Assembly (NCBI GenBank): GCA_965208615.1
Contig: CBDBPB010000003.1
Location: forward strand, 98,188 to 162,187
Source: Spirochaetota bacterium
GTDB lineage: Bacteria; Spirochaetota; UBA6919; CBDBPB01
Direction: 5' to 3'
DNA: 64,000 bases
Shown: in pieces, positions 10,740 to 20,553 of the stretch
Layout of the letters: every line of letters starts with the position of its first letter
Numbering within the stretch: the first letter of the stretch is position 1
Made by a program: the position numbers and the translations under genes
Notes under the pieces: generated by a model
Databases searched by the model: none
The model's input: the letters and a program-made list of their open reading frames with translations, nothing else
Told to the model about the DNA's origin: nothing

Positions 10740-11573
10740 ATGTTTAAACTACAAGAGTTTATTAGTAAAGACCGTATATTTTTTAACGTAAAAGGGAATA
10801 GTAAAAGAGCTGTAATAAAAGAAACCGTTAGACGTATTTGTGAAATAGAAAATATTACTAATGATTGTGATACCTTGCTTAAACTTATTCTAAAGCGAGA
10901 AAAACTTGAAGCTACTGCTATAGGAAAAGGTTTTGCTATTCCCCATTGTAATTTTAAAGGGTTTAATGGTATTAAGATTTATGTTTCTTTTCCAGAAATA
11001 CCTGTAAACTTTAGAGCTAAATATAATGATTTGGTTCGCGTGATGTTTGTTATTATATCCGATAACAACTCAAACGAAATGTATTTAAAAGCTTTATCCT
11101 ATCTTATGTATTTTATTAAAAATACCCATTCTATAGAAGACCTTATTAGTATAGATAGTCCTCAAAAGTTTTTAGCCATAGTTAAAAAAAGTGATAATGA
11201 CCTTAATTACATATCATACAAAAGCTTACACTTATTAACCTCCCTTTTAATATTAGAGGATGAAATTAATACTTATTCTCATGAAATTACCATAGAAAAA
11301 GGTAAAAGGCAGGGTAAGAACGAACTAGATAATGACTTACACTATCAAAAACTTTGTAAGTCTAAAGAAAAACTAGTATTAGACATAGATTATCGTCTTA
11401 TGTCTATTTATAACCAGCTTAAGGCTAAGTATGGTGGATTAATTACCTCAAAGATTAAGGATAAGTCTTGTGAATATTGTAATGTTCAACTTCCTGTTCA
11501 TATGATAAGAGAAGCTAGTCGTAAGAATCAGATCATCCAGTGTACTATGTGTTCTAAAATCCTTATTATCTAG
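10740..11573 (+). CDS. PTS EIIA (fructose/Ntr-type) domain fused to a C4 zinc ribbon
   Basis: REKLEATAIGKGFAIPH; C-terminal CEYC...CTMC. TTG 10722 is an alternative start. Confidence 0.82.
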   Translation: MFKLQEFISKDRIFFNVKGNSKRAVIKETVRRICEIENITNDCDTLLKLILKREKLEATAIGKGFAIPHCNFKGFNGIKIYVSFPEIPVNFRAKYNDLVRVMFVIISDNNSNEMYLKALSYLMYFIKNTHSIEDLISIDSPQKFLAIVKKSDNDLNYISYKSLHLLTSLLILEDEINTYSHEITIEKGKRQGKNELDNDLHYQKLCKSKEKLVLDIDYRLMSIYNQLKAKYGGLITSKIKDKSCEYCNVQLPVHMIREASRKNQIIQCTMCSKILII

Positions 11574-11654
11574 ATTTAGAAATCAATACTTTGATGGAGT
11601 TCTTATTGATTTTTTAGGTTTCTTTTATTAAAAAATCTTAACTAAGAGATTATA

Positions 11655-12983
11655 ATGAAATTATATACGTTATTATTGCTAATTATAATAGGTTTTGAGG
11701 TTCAACTATTTTCTCAAGAATCAGCTAATATGATGCCCAATGAAAAAAGGCTGTTTATCATTATTAATTCGATGAGAAAAGATAAAAAAATCCCTCCTTT
11801 TAGGTTTTCACCTAAGTTATACGTTTTGGCAAAAGAACATAGTAAAAAAGCCTCTTTAAGCAGGAGTATTAAAAATAAAGATAATAAACTTATTTATATT
11901 AGATCGATTTTAGCTGATGGAACTAACTATATAAAACAAACAGAAAAAGCTATTCGTAGTAACACTAATCACTATTACACTATTCTAAACCCTAATATTA
12001 GAGAATCTGCTATTGCTATTGAATATAACAAAAAGTTGGGTTTATACTATATAAGTCATGCTTTAGGGCGTGGTCCTATTTCTAATGATTCTTACTATCT
12101 TCAGGAAAAAGAATTTGATGAGCTTTTATCCATTGTGGACATAAAAAACTCTATGGATCGTACTGATAGAATTAGATTTGGCTTGAACAGGGTATCTATT
12201 ATAAAAAATCTAAAGCCTTTTATTGATCATCCCAAAAATATATATTATACAAAGTTATCGGCTGGGTCTATTATTATTTATTTAAAAGATAGCCGTTCTC
12301 CTGAGAATTATTTAAAGGTTTCCTTTTCTGATATGTCACAGAAGTTTAAGGGGGTTTATAATATAACGTATTATTTTAAAGAAAGGACCTTTTTAAAAGA
12401 ATATGGTTTATTAAAAGATATTTTTGGACTAAAAAAAGCTATTCCATTGTCTTGGAGTGGCTATCCTTATCACTTTAGAGTTGAGGATAATAAATTAAAA
12501 TTCTACATTCATAAAATGGATAAAACTAAAAAACAAGCCTACTGGATTACTGATGATAAAATTGTTGAATTTAGATGGCAGGGAACAGAAGGAGTATATG
12601 TTAGTATAACTAAAACAAATTATGGTTATCATTATGTTAATCTTTTTAAGGCTCAATATAATTTAAAATATCCTCTTAGAAAGCAGGTTTATCTTAGACT
12701 TTTGGCGGAATACTTAATACGAATGGACAACTTTAATATAATTGACTTTCTTAAGAGTTATGCAATAAGGTTTTATGGGCCAAATAAAGTGGAGACTGCT
12801 ACCTTAAGAAATAATACTTTTAAAATAAACTATTTTTATTATTATAAAGACGGCTTACATATTAGAGAAAATCTTTTAGAAAATAACACTATAAGTAATA
12901 TATGTAAAACTAGTAATAACTCTAAAGGCAAGCTAATATCAATAGAGCTTAAAAGAAATAAGAAAAAAGGGGGATATAAGTGA
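11655..12983 (+). CDS. Secreted protein with N-terminal CAP/SCP-like domain
   Basis: Signal peptide; INSMRKDKKIPP...L..LAKEHS...HYYTILNP. Confidence 0.6.
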   Translation: MKLYTLLLLIIIGFEVQLFSQESANMMPNEKRLFIIINSMRKDKKIPPFRFSPKLYVLAKEHSKKASLSRSIKNKDNKLIYIRSILADGTNYIKQTEKAIRSNTNHYYTILNPNIRESAIAIEYNKKLGLYYISHALGRGPISNDSYYLQEKEFDELLSIVDIKNSMDRTDRIRFGLNRVSIIKNLKPFIDHPKNIYYTKLSAGSIIIYLKDSRSPENYLKVSFSDMSQKFKGVYNITYYFKERTFLKEYGLLKDIFGLKKAIPLSWSGYPYHFRVEDNKLKFYIHKMDKTKKQAYWITDDKIVEFRWQGTEGVYVSITKTNYGYHYVNLFKAQYNLKYPLRKQVYLRLLAEYLIRMDNFNIIDFLKSYAIRFYGPNKVETATLRNNTFKINYFYYYKDGLHIRENLLENNTISNICKTSNNSKGKLISIELKRNKKKGGYK

Positions 12984-13696
12984 TTTTAACACCAAATGCT
13001 CTTGTAATGTACGCTAAGATACCAGAGCCTGGGAAGGTTAAAACAAGACTAACTAAAGGAGAAAATGCTTTATCCGAAGATGAAGCTGTTAATATATATA
13101 GAGCTGTGTTAAGCGATCTAATAGCTCAGTTTTCTAAAAGTCCTAATTATGACTTTTTCATTTGTCCAAAGGCTGAGATGTGGAGACTGCGAAAAGAAGT
13201 TGAAGGAGACTATTTTCTTTTAGAAGATCAAGGAAAAGGAGATTTGGGTGATTCTATATATAAGACATTTAGATGGCTTATTGAAAGGGAATATGCCCAT
13301 GTATGTATTATAAGCTCCGATGCTCCATTTTTATCAACTGGCCTTTTAGATATGGCGTTCAAAGCTTTAGAAAGTGATAGTTCATTTGTTTTGGGTCCTG
13401 ATCATAGTGGAGGTTGTTATTTGATTGGAGCCAATGAGCCTTATCCTGTATTTTGTGATATTGCATGGAGTCATGGTGAAGATTTTAACATTCTTAAGAA
13501 TCGCATTAATGGCAATAAAATACCTTTATCTATTTTACCTGTGTGTCATGACTTAGATACAGTTAAGGATTTAGCTTATGCCTATGATATAATAAATAAA
13601 AACCCTGGAAGCTTTAAGAAAACAATACCTCAAACGTATGAGTATATTAAAATGTTTCACGTGAAACATCCCAACCTTTTTAAAAAACCTCTATAA
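12980..13696 (+). CDS. DUF2064/TIGR04282-family glycosyltransferase
   Basis: YAKIPEPGKVKTRL, QGKGDLG, SDAP, LGPDHSGGCYLIG, DLDTVKDL. Confidence 0.88.
   Translation: MILTPNALVMYAKIPEPGKVKTRLTKGENALSEDEAVNIYRAVLSDLIAQFSKSPNYDFFICPKAEMWRLRKEVEGDYFLLEDQGKGDLGDSIYKTFRWLIEREYAHVCIISSDAPFLSTGLLDMAFKALESDSSFVLGPDHSGGCYLIGANEPYPVFCDIAWSHGEDFNILKNRINGNKIPLSILPVCHDLDTVKDLAYAYDIINKNPGSFKKTIPQTYEYIKMFHVKHPNLFKKPL
13653..13668. other. parS: parS site (ParB-binding centromere)
   Basis: Exact match to the consensus palindrome TGTTTCACGTGAAACA, inside the 3' end of the glycosyltransferase CDS. Confidence 0.85.
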
Positions 13697-13723
13697 AACT
13701 AACTTAAAATAAACAATAAATAG

Positions 13724-14326
13724 TTAACGTAAAAATGATGGCTGGTTAATTTTTAAATAGTTATATATATTATTATCATATTTAAAAGTTAACTCATAAG
13801 CCTTTAAAGCTAAATTAAACCTGCTTTCTAATGATACTGCTCCACTAATCTTTATCTCTTTAGTAATCCTAAAGTAGTCATCAGGATTAGTTATAATAAC
13901 CACATTCTTAAAGTTTTTAGCAGACGCTCTAATAAGAGTAACTCCACCAATATCTATATTTTCAATGATCTCACTATTTGATACGTTTTTCTTTTTAGTT
14001 ACCTCATCAAAAGGATAGAGGTTAACTATAACCATATCTATTGGCTTGATATTATTGGTTTTAAGCTCCTCCATATGAGATGGATTATCTTTTACAGCTA
14101 AAATACCTCCGTGTATAGACGGGTGAAGTGTTTTTACCCTACCTCCTAATATCTCACTAAAACCAGTATAGTCCTCCACAGTAGATATTGGTATTCCATT
14201 CTCTTTTATCAGCCTATAAGTACCCCCAGTAGACACCATATTAATAGAAAGGCTATTTAAGTCCCTTGCCAGGTCTACAATATTAGTTTTGTCTGATACG
14301 CTAATTAAAGCTTGTTTAATATTCAT
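13724..14326 (-). CDS. purH: Stand-alone IMP cyclohydrolase (N-terminal MGS-like half of PurH)
   Basis: ALISVSDK, STGGT, GGRVKTLHP, VNLYPF, IENIDIGG; ends at 200 aa with no AICAR transformylase domain. Confidence 0.88.
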   Translation of the reverse strand: MNIKQALISVSDKTNIVDLARDLNSLSINMVSTGGTYRLIKENGIPISTVEDYTGFSEILGGRVKTLHPSIHGGILAVKDNPSHMEELKTNNIKPIDMVIVNLYPFDEVTKKKNVSNSEIIENIDIGGVTLIRASAKNFKNVVIITNPDDYFRITKEIKISGAVSLESRFNLALKAYELTFKYDNNIYNYLKINQPSFLR

Positions 14327-14347
14327 GTTTTATCCTTAAATAATAAA

Positions 14348-15052
14348 TTATTTTAACTTTTTTAATGCTATCTCTGCATCACTCTTTCTTATATAATTAG
14401 GGACTACACTATTATAATTAAGTCTTTTTGAAGGATTATTAATAGATGCCAGTCCAACATATATACCATGGGGTTTATTATATTCCTCAGGGGGGAGTAT
14501 AATAAGGTTATCCATAGTGCTTTTTAATAAGCTATGGTATAGCAATGCCCCAGTACCACAGATTATCGACTTTTGATTTAAACTCTTAAGCTTATCAATA
14601 AGGTCATCCATAGTAATATCCAAATCTTTTTCTAATATATTATTGTTTTGGTAAATGGATGTATATACCCTTTTTTTACGTCCATCAATCATTGGTATAA
14701 TAACAGTATTTTTATCTAATGCAAAGGGTAAGACAGCTTCTCTTAAAACATCCAGAGAGCTAACAGGTATAATATCACATCCAATAAACTGGGCTAATGC
14801 CCTTGCAGTACTAACTCCAACTCTTATCGACGTAAATGCTCCTGGACCTATATCCACAGCAATTATATTTATGGAGTTTTTATCAATATCGCTAATCTTA
14901 AGGCTATAGCTAATGATATCCATAATGTTAGGGGAATGGGTAATCCCATTATCAACTTCAAAAGAAGTTATAACCTTATTTTTGTTTAGTAGTGCAACAC
15001 TTAAGTTATTAGTAGCACTCTCTATTGCCAAAGTAATCATTCTTTCTTCCAT
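14348..15052 (-). CDS. tsaB: tRNA t6A biosynthesis protein TsaB
   Basis: LAIESAT, GPGAFTSIRVG, IDGRKKRVY, P.YIR. Confidence 0.93.
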   Translation of the reverse strand: MEERMITLAIESATNNLSVALLNKNKVITSFEVDNGITHSPNIMDIISYSLKISDIDKNSINIIAVDIGPGAFTSIRVGVSTARALAQFIGCDIIPVSSLDVLREAVLPFALDKNTVIIPMIDGRKKRVYTSIYQNNNILEKDLDITMDDLIDKLKSLNQKSIICGTGALLYHSLLKSTMDNLIILPPEEYNKPHGIYVGLASINNPSKRLNYNSVVPNYIRKSDAEIALKKLK

Positions 15053-15077
15053 AAACCTTATACTACTTTAGAGTTAA

Positions 15078-15335
15078 CTATACTTTGGTCTTTTTCTTTT
15101 TCATAACCTGCCAGCCAGAAATAGAATCGTTAAAAGCTATATAATAACGATAACCAGCAGTTTTTACTTGAATCCAAAGATTATCCCTAGTTATTTGACT
15201 AAATATATCCCCCCAATCAGGTTTTACCTTATCATCGTTAATAACGTTGTTAAAACTGCTCCAAAGAATATTTAGCTTATTTTGTACGTCATCAGGAAAA
15301 CAATTTATACTTTGTTTAAATTCATCTATTAACAT
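15078..15335 (-). CDS. Hypothetical protein
   Basis: 85-aa ORF with GAGG RBS, co-oriented with tsaB. Confidence 0.65.
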   Translation of the reverse strand: MLIDEFKQSINCFPDDVQNKLNILWSSFNNVINDDKVKPDWGDIFSQITRDNLWIQVKTAGYRYYIAFNDSISGWQVMKKKKTKV

Positions 15336-15588
15336 ATTATTACCTCTTTATAAAAAGTTATTTAAAATTAAGATAAACCATTATTTTTGTAAAGTATTTT
15401 ATAAATAGTAGTATATTTTTAAATATTATTTTTAGTTTAAGGGCTTATTAGGATAATAATAATTAAATATCCAAATTTGACTAATAAAACTAAAAGAAAA
15501 CTGGAACTTATTAAAAAAATTATTTATATTTTCAAACCATTATAAAAAATTATTATTAATTTTAAAACCTATTTAAGGGTAGTATAAA

Positions 15589-16125
15589 ATGGTAAAAAAG
15601 CTATACGACCGCCTTGAGGCTAAGTTAGGGGATATTACCAAAGAAAAATGTGATGCCATAGTAAATGCCGCTAACTCATCCCTAACTGGAGGAGGAGGTG
15701 TAGATGGGGCTATCCACTCTGTAGGAGGAATAGAAATACTAAGGGAATGCAGAGAAATTAGAAAAACACAATATCCCAATGGATTACCAACAGGTGAAGC
15801 CGTAATTACTGGTAGTGGCAAGCTAAAAACTAAATACGTTATACATACAGTTGGACCTATATGGAGTGGTGGAAAATTATCAGAAAAAGAACTTTTAGAA
15901 AATTGTTATAATAATTCCCTTGAGTTAGCGGTTAAGCATAAAATAAGAACAATAGCCTTTCCATCAATATCAACTGGTATATACGGCTACCCTATGGATA
16001 AAGCCGCTAAAGTCGCTTACAAAACGGTTATAGAGTTTTTATCCAAAAACAGTTTTATTGATCTGGTAACCCTAGTCTTTTTTAGTCAACAGGATATGGA
16101 TGTATTTTTAGAAGCTATAACCTAA
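15589..16125 (+). CDS. Macro domain O-acetyl-ADP-ribose deacetylase (YmdB-like)
   Basis: GDIT, DAIVNAANSSLTGGGGVDGAIH, VIHTVGP, AFPSISTGIYGYP. Confidence 0.94.
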   Translation: MVKKLYDRLEAKLGDITKEKCDAIVNAANSSLTGGGGVDGAIHSVGGIEILRECREIRKTQYPNGLPTGEAVITGSGKLKTKYVIHTVGPIWSGGKLSEKELLENCYNNSLELAVKHKIRTIAFPSISTGIYGYPMDKAAKVAYKTVIEFLSKNSFIDLVTLVFFSQQDMDVFLEAIT

Positions 16126-16151
16126 CCTTTATAAATAAGCTAAATTAAACT

Positions 16152-16508
16152 ATGAAAAAACAAATGATTTTAAGAGTAAAAGAAAAGTTCGACTCAGCCC
16201 ATAAATTGAACGACTATCATGGTAAATGCTCTAATCTACACGGACATACATGGCAAGTGGAAGTTTATATTAAAATAAAAGAAATTCAACCTAATGGAAT
16301 TAGTATAAAGTTTGAAGAGATTAAATCTTTCCTAAAAGACTTTTTACCAGACCATCAATACCTTAATGATTATCTTAATATGCACTACCCTACTGCAGAG
16401 AATCTTGTTATACATTTATTTAATGGAATAAAAAAACGCTATGAAAACCTTTTAAAGGTCGTCCTTTGGGAGACTGAACAAAATGGAGTCGAATATTCAG
16501 AAGTATAA
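16152..16508 (+). CDS. queD: 6-carboxy-tetrahydropterin synthase
   Basis: FDSAHKL, CSNLHGHTW, DHQYLN, PTAEN, LWET. Confidence 0.92.
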   Translation: MKKQMILRVKEKFDSAHKLNDYHGKCSNLHGHTWQVEVYIKIKEIQPNGISIKFEEIKSFLKDFLPDHQYLNDYLNMHYPTAENLVIHLFNGIKKRYENLLKVVLWETEQNGVEYSEV

Positions 16509-17061
16509 TATAACGAATATATTTTACTCCATACAGGGTGAGGGCTTTCATAGCGGAAAGCCAGCTATTTTTATAAGGTTTTCCCAGTGCAATTTAAAGT
16601 GTAGGTTTTGTGATGAGCCATCCCAACCTACAGTAGAATATGATAGTAAAAAAATTATTAGTAAAATAAATAAATTTAGTCCATGTAAGTTTGTTGTATT
16701 AACCGGAGGAGAACCCAGTATACAGTCAGGATTAGAACAGCTTATTACTAAGCTAAAGAAAAATGATTTTTTTGTATCTGTAGAGACCAACGGTACGAAT
16801 ATAATAAAAGGCTATCCTGATTGGATAACCGTATCTCCTAAAACAGATGATTTTTACTATGGGGATGAGTTAAAACTTGTTTATGATAAACAAAATATAA
16901 AGGAGTTTGAGCATCTTCCATTTAAGCATTTTTATATTCAGCCTATGAATCTTGAAAAAGATATTGATTTTACGTCTTTAGGAAAATGTATTAAGTTAGT
17001 TAAAGATAATCCGAAGTGGAAACTGTCTATTCAGCTTCATAAGTTTTTAAGGATTAGTTAA
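16483..17061 (+). CDS. queE: 7-carboxy-7-deazaguanine synthase (radical SAM)
   Basis: FYSIQGEG, CNLKCRFCD, LTGGEP, ETNG, SPK, SIQLHK. Confidence 0.93.
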   Translation: MESNIQKYNITNIFYSIQGEGFHSGKPAIFIRFSQCNLKCRFCDEPSQPTVEYDSKKIISKINKFSPCKFVVLTGGEPSIQSGLEQLITKLKKNDFFVSVETNGTNIIKGYPDWITVSPKTDDFYYGDELKLVYDKQNIKEFEHLPFKHFYIQPMNLEKDIDFTSLGKCIKLVKDNPKWKLSIQLHKFLRIS

Positions 17062-17120
17062 CTTGTTTTCAGTTTAGAAAAATATTATATTTTAGTCTTA
17101 TAATAATTTTGAGGACACCT

Positions 17121-18128
17121 ATGAAAGAAATTGCTATTATAGGAGCAGGTAGTTTTAGTATGGCTCTTGCTCATCTTCTTAGTAATAAAGGCCATAAAAT
17201 AACAATATGGTCTCATAGTACTGATATTGCTGAGTACATTAACAAAAATCATAAAAACCCAGTCTTTCTTAAGGATGTTAAACTACCTTCTAATAAGGTA
17301 AAGGCAGTTACATCCCTAAGTGAGGTATTAGATAAGCCATTTTTATTAATTGCTATTCCAACACAGTTTATTAGGGATACTTTATCCAAGGTTAATATTA
17401 ATAGCAAAACTATTATTATTAACTGTGCTAAAGGTATTGAAACTAACTCTCTCAAAACTATATCTGAGGTATTAGAAGAAATATTCCCTTTTGAGTATCA
17501 TAATAATTTTGCTTTTATATCTGGTCCAAGTTTTGCTTTGGAGCTTGCTAAAAAACAGCTTACAGCGGTCAGTGTTGCAAGTAAAAGTCAAAAAGTTAGT
17601 ACTATAGTACAAAAGCTGTTTTCTACTAAATATTTAAGGGTATATACTAGCCATGACATAATAGGTATAGAGGTTTGCGGCTCTCTAAAAAACGTTATAG
17701 CCATAGCTTCTGGAATAGTTGATGGTCTTGGATTAGGACATAATACAAGAGCGGCATTAATTACCAGAGGACTAGCGGAAATAACCAGACTGGGTATAAA
17801 AAAAGGAGCTAATCCGCTAACATTTTTAGGACTTGCTGGTATAGGAGACCTCGTATTGACTTGTACAGGGGATCTTAGTAGAAATAGACATGTGGGAGTT
17901 GAATTAGCATCAGGTAAATCGCTATCTCAAATACTCTCAGAAATGACTATGATTGCAGAGGGTGTTAAAACTACTGAGTCTGCATATGAATTATCAAAAC
18001 AGTTAAAAGTTGAAATGCCAATAATAGAACAAATGTATCAAATATTATACCATAATAAATCACCAAAAAAAGCTGTGGAAGAACTAATGACCAGACATCT
18101 AAAACCAGAAATAGACTTTATTAATTAA
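17121..18128 (+). CDS. gpsA: NAD(P)H-dependent glycerol-3-phosphate dehydrogenase
   Basis: SGPSFA, GSLKNVIAIA, GLAGIGDLVLTCTGDLSRN; ATG 17121 follows GAGG. Confidence 0.96.
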   Translation: MKEIAIIGAGSFSMALAHLLSNKGHKITIWSHSTDIAEYINKNHKNPVFLKDVKLPSNKVKAVTSLSEVLDKPFLLIAIPTQFIRDTLSKVNINSKTIIINCAKGIETNSLKTISEVLEEIFPFEYHNNFAFISGPSFALELAKKQLTAVSVASKSQKVSTIVQKLFSTKYLRVYTSHDIIGIEVCGSLKNVIAIASGIVDGLGLGHNTRAALITRGLAEITRLGIKKGANPLTFLGLAGIGDLVLTCTGDLSRNRHVGVELASGKSLSQILSEMTMIAEGVKTTESAYELSKQLKVEMPIIEQMYQILYHNKSPKKAVEELMTRHLKPEIDFIN

Positions 18129-18900
18129 TCTCTAAATAAATAGGACAATGATCAGAACCCATAACCTCATTGAGGTGTCCAACGTTTTTTATCCTATTAA
18201 CTAAATCGGGACTTATAAAAAAATAGTCTATTCTCCATCCAATATTACGATTTCTTGCCATAGACCTGTAAGACCACCAACTATAACTATCACTTATATG
18301 AGGATTAAAATGCCTAAATACGTCAACATATCCCTCGGATATGATTTTATCAAGTTCTTTTCGCTCAACAGGTAAAAAACCAATATTATTTTCATTTTCT
18401 TTTGGTCTGGCAATGTCCATTTCAGTATGAGCAATATTATAGTCCCCACAAGCAATGATACTTTTTCCAGTAGCCCTTAAGGAATTTAGGTGAGATAAAA
18501 AATATTCATAAAACTTAAGCTTTTTAGAAAGAACATCCTCCTCCCCTACTCTAGGATTACCATTAGGAAAATATATATTCAATAAAACAAAATCATCATA
18601 TTCAGTTTGTATTATTCTACCATCTTCTTTAAATATATCCACCGTTTTATTAAATTCATAACAAACAGATATAGACTCCATTTTAGAATATGTAACAACA
18701 CCAGCATAACCCTTTTTCAATCCATTATGCCAATAACTATGATAGCCATGAGGACGCTGTAAAGCTTTGTCAAGCTGATTAGAAAATGCTTTTACCTCCT
18801 GTAGGCAGATAATATCACCATCTACTTTATCGAACCAATCAAGAAAACCTTTTTTAACAACAGCTCTAATACCATTGACATTCCAAGAGTAAATCTTCAT
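18121..18900 (-). CDS. xth: Exodeoxyribonuclease III
   Basis: SWNVNGIRA, LQEVK, GDYNIAH, GWRIDY, SDHCP. Confidence 0.95.
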   Translation of the reverse strand: MKIYSWNVNGIRAVVKKGFLDWFDKVDGDIICLQEVKAFSNQLDKALQRPHGYHSYWHNGLKKGYAGVVTYSKMESISVCYEFNKTVDIFKEDGRIIQTEYDDFVLLNIYFPNGNPRVGEEDVLSKKLKFYEYFLSHLNSLRATGKSIIACGDYNIAHTEMDIARPKENENNIGFLPVERKELDKIISEGYVDVFRHFNPHISDSYSWWSYRSMARNRNIGWRIDYFFISPDLVNRIKNVGHLNEVMGSDHCPIYLEIN

Positions 18901-18972
18901 ATTTCTTTACTATACTCCTTTTCATATATTAAAATTATACGAAAGATAAAACTATTAAGCAGTTATAACAGT

Positions 18973-20310
18973 TTAAAATACTAAATCAGAAGGAATCTTT
19001 CTTTTTTCCATTTCATCCATCAATACTTTTGCCTCATCAAAGTTAGTAATCATACTACGAAGCAAGCTATAGGTCATAATATTAGGCGGTATACCTTGTT
19101 TTTCCATTTCTATTGTAATATTCTTTGCTTCTTTATAATCGGGAGCTTTATCAAGAATAGTGTAATATATATTCAAATTTGGATGTATGTTATTGTTAGC
19201 CATATTATTAAGTAGCTCTTTTCCTTCTTGATAACTAGGAGCCATAGAAATTAAATTACTATATATTGAGGTATTAGGCTTAATATGCTTTTCTAATAGC
19301 TCATCCAAAAGAGATCTGGCATTATAATAGCTAGATGATTTAGTAATTAGCAAGTTATAGGTATGAGCATTGGGAATATTATTATTTTTCTCCATTTCTC
19401 TTAGCCAATATCTCCCAGTGTTATAGTCGGCTGACTTATCAATTAAAAGGTTATATGTACGAGTAGTAGGCAAAAGATCGCTTTCTTTGATCTGATTAGC
19501 AAATCTTACACTAGTATTATAATCTGGTATACTTTCTATTAGATGATTCCACTTTTTTACCAATAATTTTTTATCAATATTAACTCTTTTTGCCAAGTCA
19601 ACAAACATATCAGTGGCATGCTCTGATAGTCTAATAGCCTCTTCAGTTCTCCCTATGGTATACATAGTATATATAAACCAGTCAGGATATTCAAGGTCTT
19701 CACGGATTTCTGGTTTAATATCCTTTAGTGTATGTATATCAAGATCTTCTTCCATTTTTTTACAAAGGCCTTCATTTTTTCTATCTAAAAGGTTTATAGC
19801 CTCAAAATCAAAATCTCTAACTACAGTTCTAAGAACGTTATAGTCAACAATAACCTCATTAGTTCTACAGCATCCAGCGGCTCTAACAGATTTTCTTGCA
19901 CTATCCCCAACCCAATGTTTACTATGATCCGGCAGGCTGACACACATATCTATTCCAGAGTCTATAGCAATCCTTAAAGGAGATATAGACTTTTTACTAA
20001 GACCAGTATAGTTTGCCATTTCCTCCTGGAATTTATGAGCCATAATAGTTGCCAAACAACAAATAGCAGGTATTTTTCTTTCTTTACTGGTCATAACAAG
20101 CCATCCATCACCTGTAAACTGTATAATAGCATCATCCAGTGATAGTTTTCTAATATGAGGTACAATTTGTTTAACTAAATATTTATTAAACTTATTTTGT
20201 TCTTGTATAGTTCGTTTAATAGCGGCCTCTGTTGACTTAATCATATCAATGCTTAAACAATAGATTACACCTATCCAGCCTTCTTCTTGGGAATAATCAA
20301 TACGCTTCAT
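18973..20310 (-). CDS. Class III nucleotide cyclase-like domain fused to pentatricopeptide-like repeats
   Basis: SIDMIKST, FTGDGWLV, LRIAIDSG, WVGDS...R; the C-terminal part has six 32-aa repeats of type PNxxTYNLLI...YxxAxxLLxEMxxxxIx. Confidence 0.75.
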   Translation of the reverse strand: MKRIDYSQEEGWIGVIYCLSIDMIKSTEAAIKRTIQEQNKFNKYLVKQIVPHIRKLSLDDAIIQFTGDGWLVMTSKERKIPAICCLATIMAHKFQEEMANYTGLSKKSISPLRIAIDSGIDMCVSLPDHSKHWVGDSARKSVRAAGCCRTNEVIVDYNVLRTVVRDFDFEAINLLDRKNEGLCKKMEEDLDIHTLKDIKPEIREDLEYPDWFIYTMYTIGRTEEAIRLSEHATDMFVDLAKRVNIDKKLLVKKWNHLIESIPDYNTSVRFANQIKESDLLPTTRTYNLLIDKSADYNTGRYWLREMEKNNNIPNAHTYNLLITKSSSYYNARSLLDELLEKHIKPNTSIYSNLISMAPSYQEGKELLNNMANNNIHPNLNIYYTILDKAPDYKEAKNITIEMEKQGIPPNIMTYSLLRSMITNFDEAKVLMDEMEKRKIPSDLVF

Positions 20311-20553
20311 TTTAAGTAAGACCTCAGATAATCTAATTTTAAAAAAGCTATAACTATAAATTATAGCTTGTTAACACAATATTATTTAACCTTAAAACGG
20401 TTATGATAAACAAATCTAATAATAAATACAAGATAAGAATTCTCAAGTAGATAATATATAAAGGCCTAACAGAAATATTCATTATCTTTTACTATATAAG
20501 TAAAGCTAAAACAGATAAATAAACTAATATATTATATAGATTGCCAAAAAAAA

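Noticed and set aside
15589-17061. Macro domain + queD + queE as a 7-deazaguanine DNA-modification or defence island
   Set aside because: No dpdA/tgt, queC or effector genes; the neighbours are housekeeping (gpsA, tsaB), so ordinary queuosine synthesis is the simpler reading.
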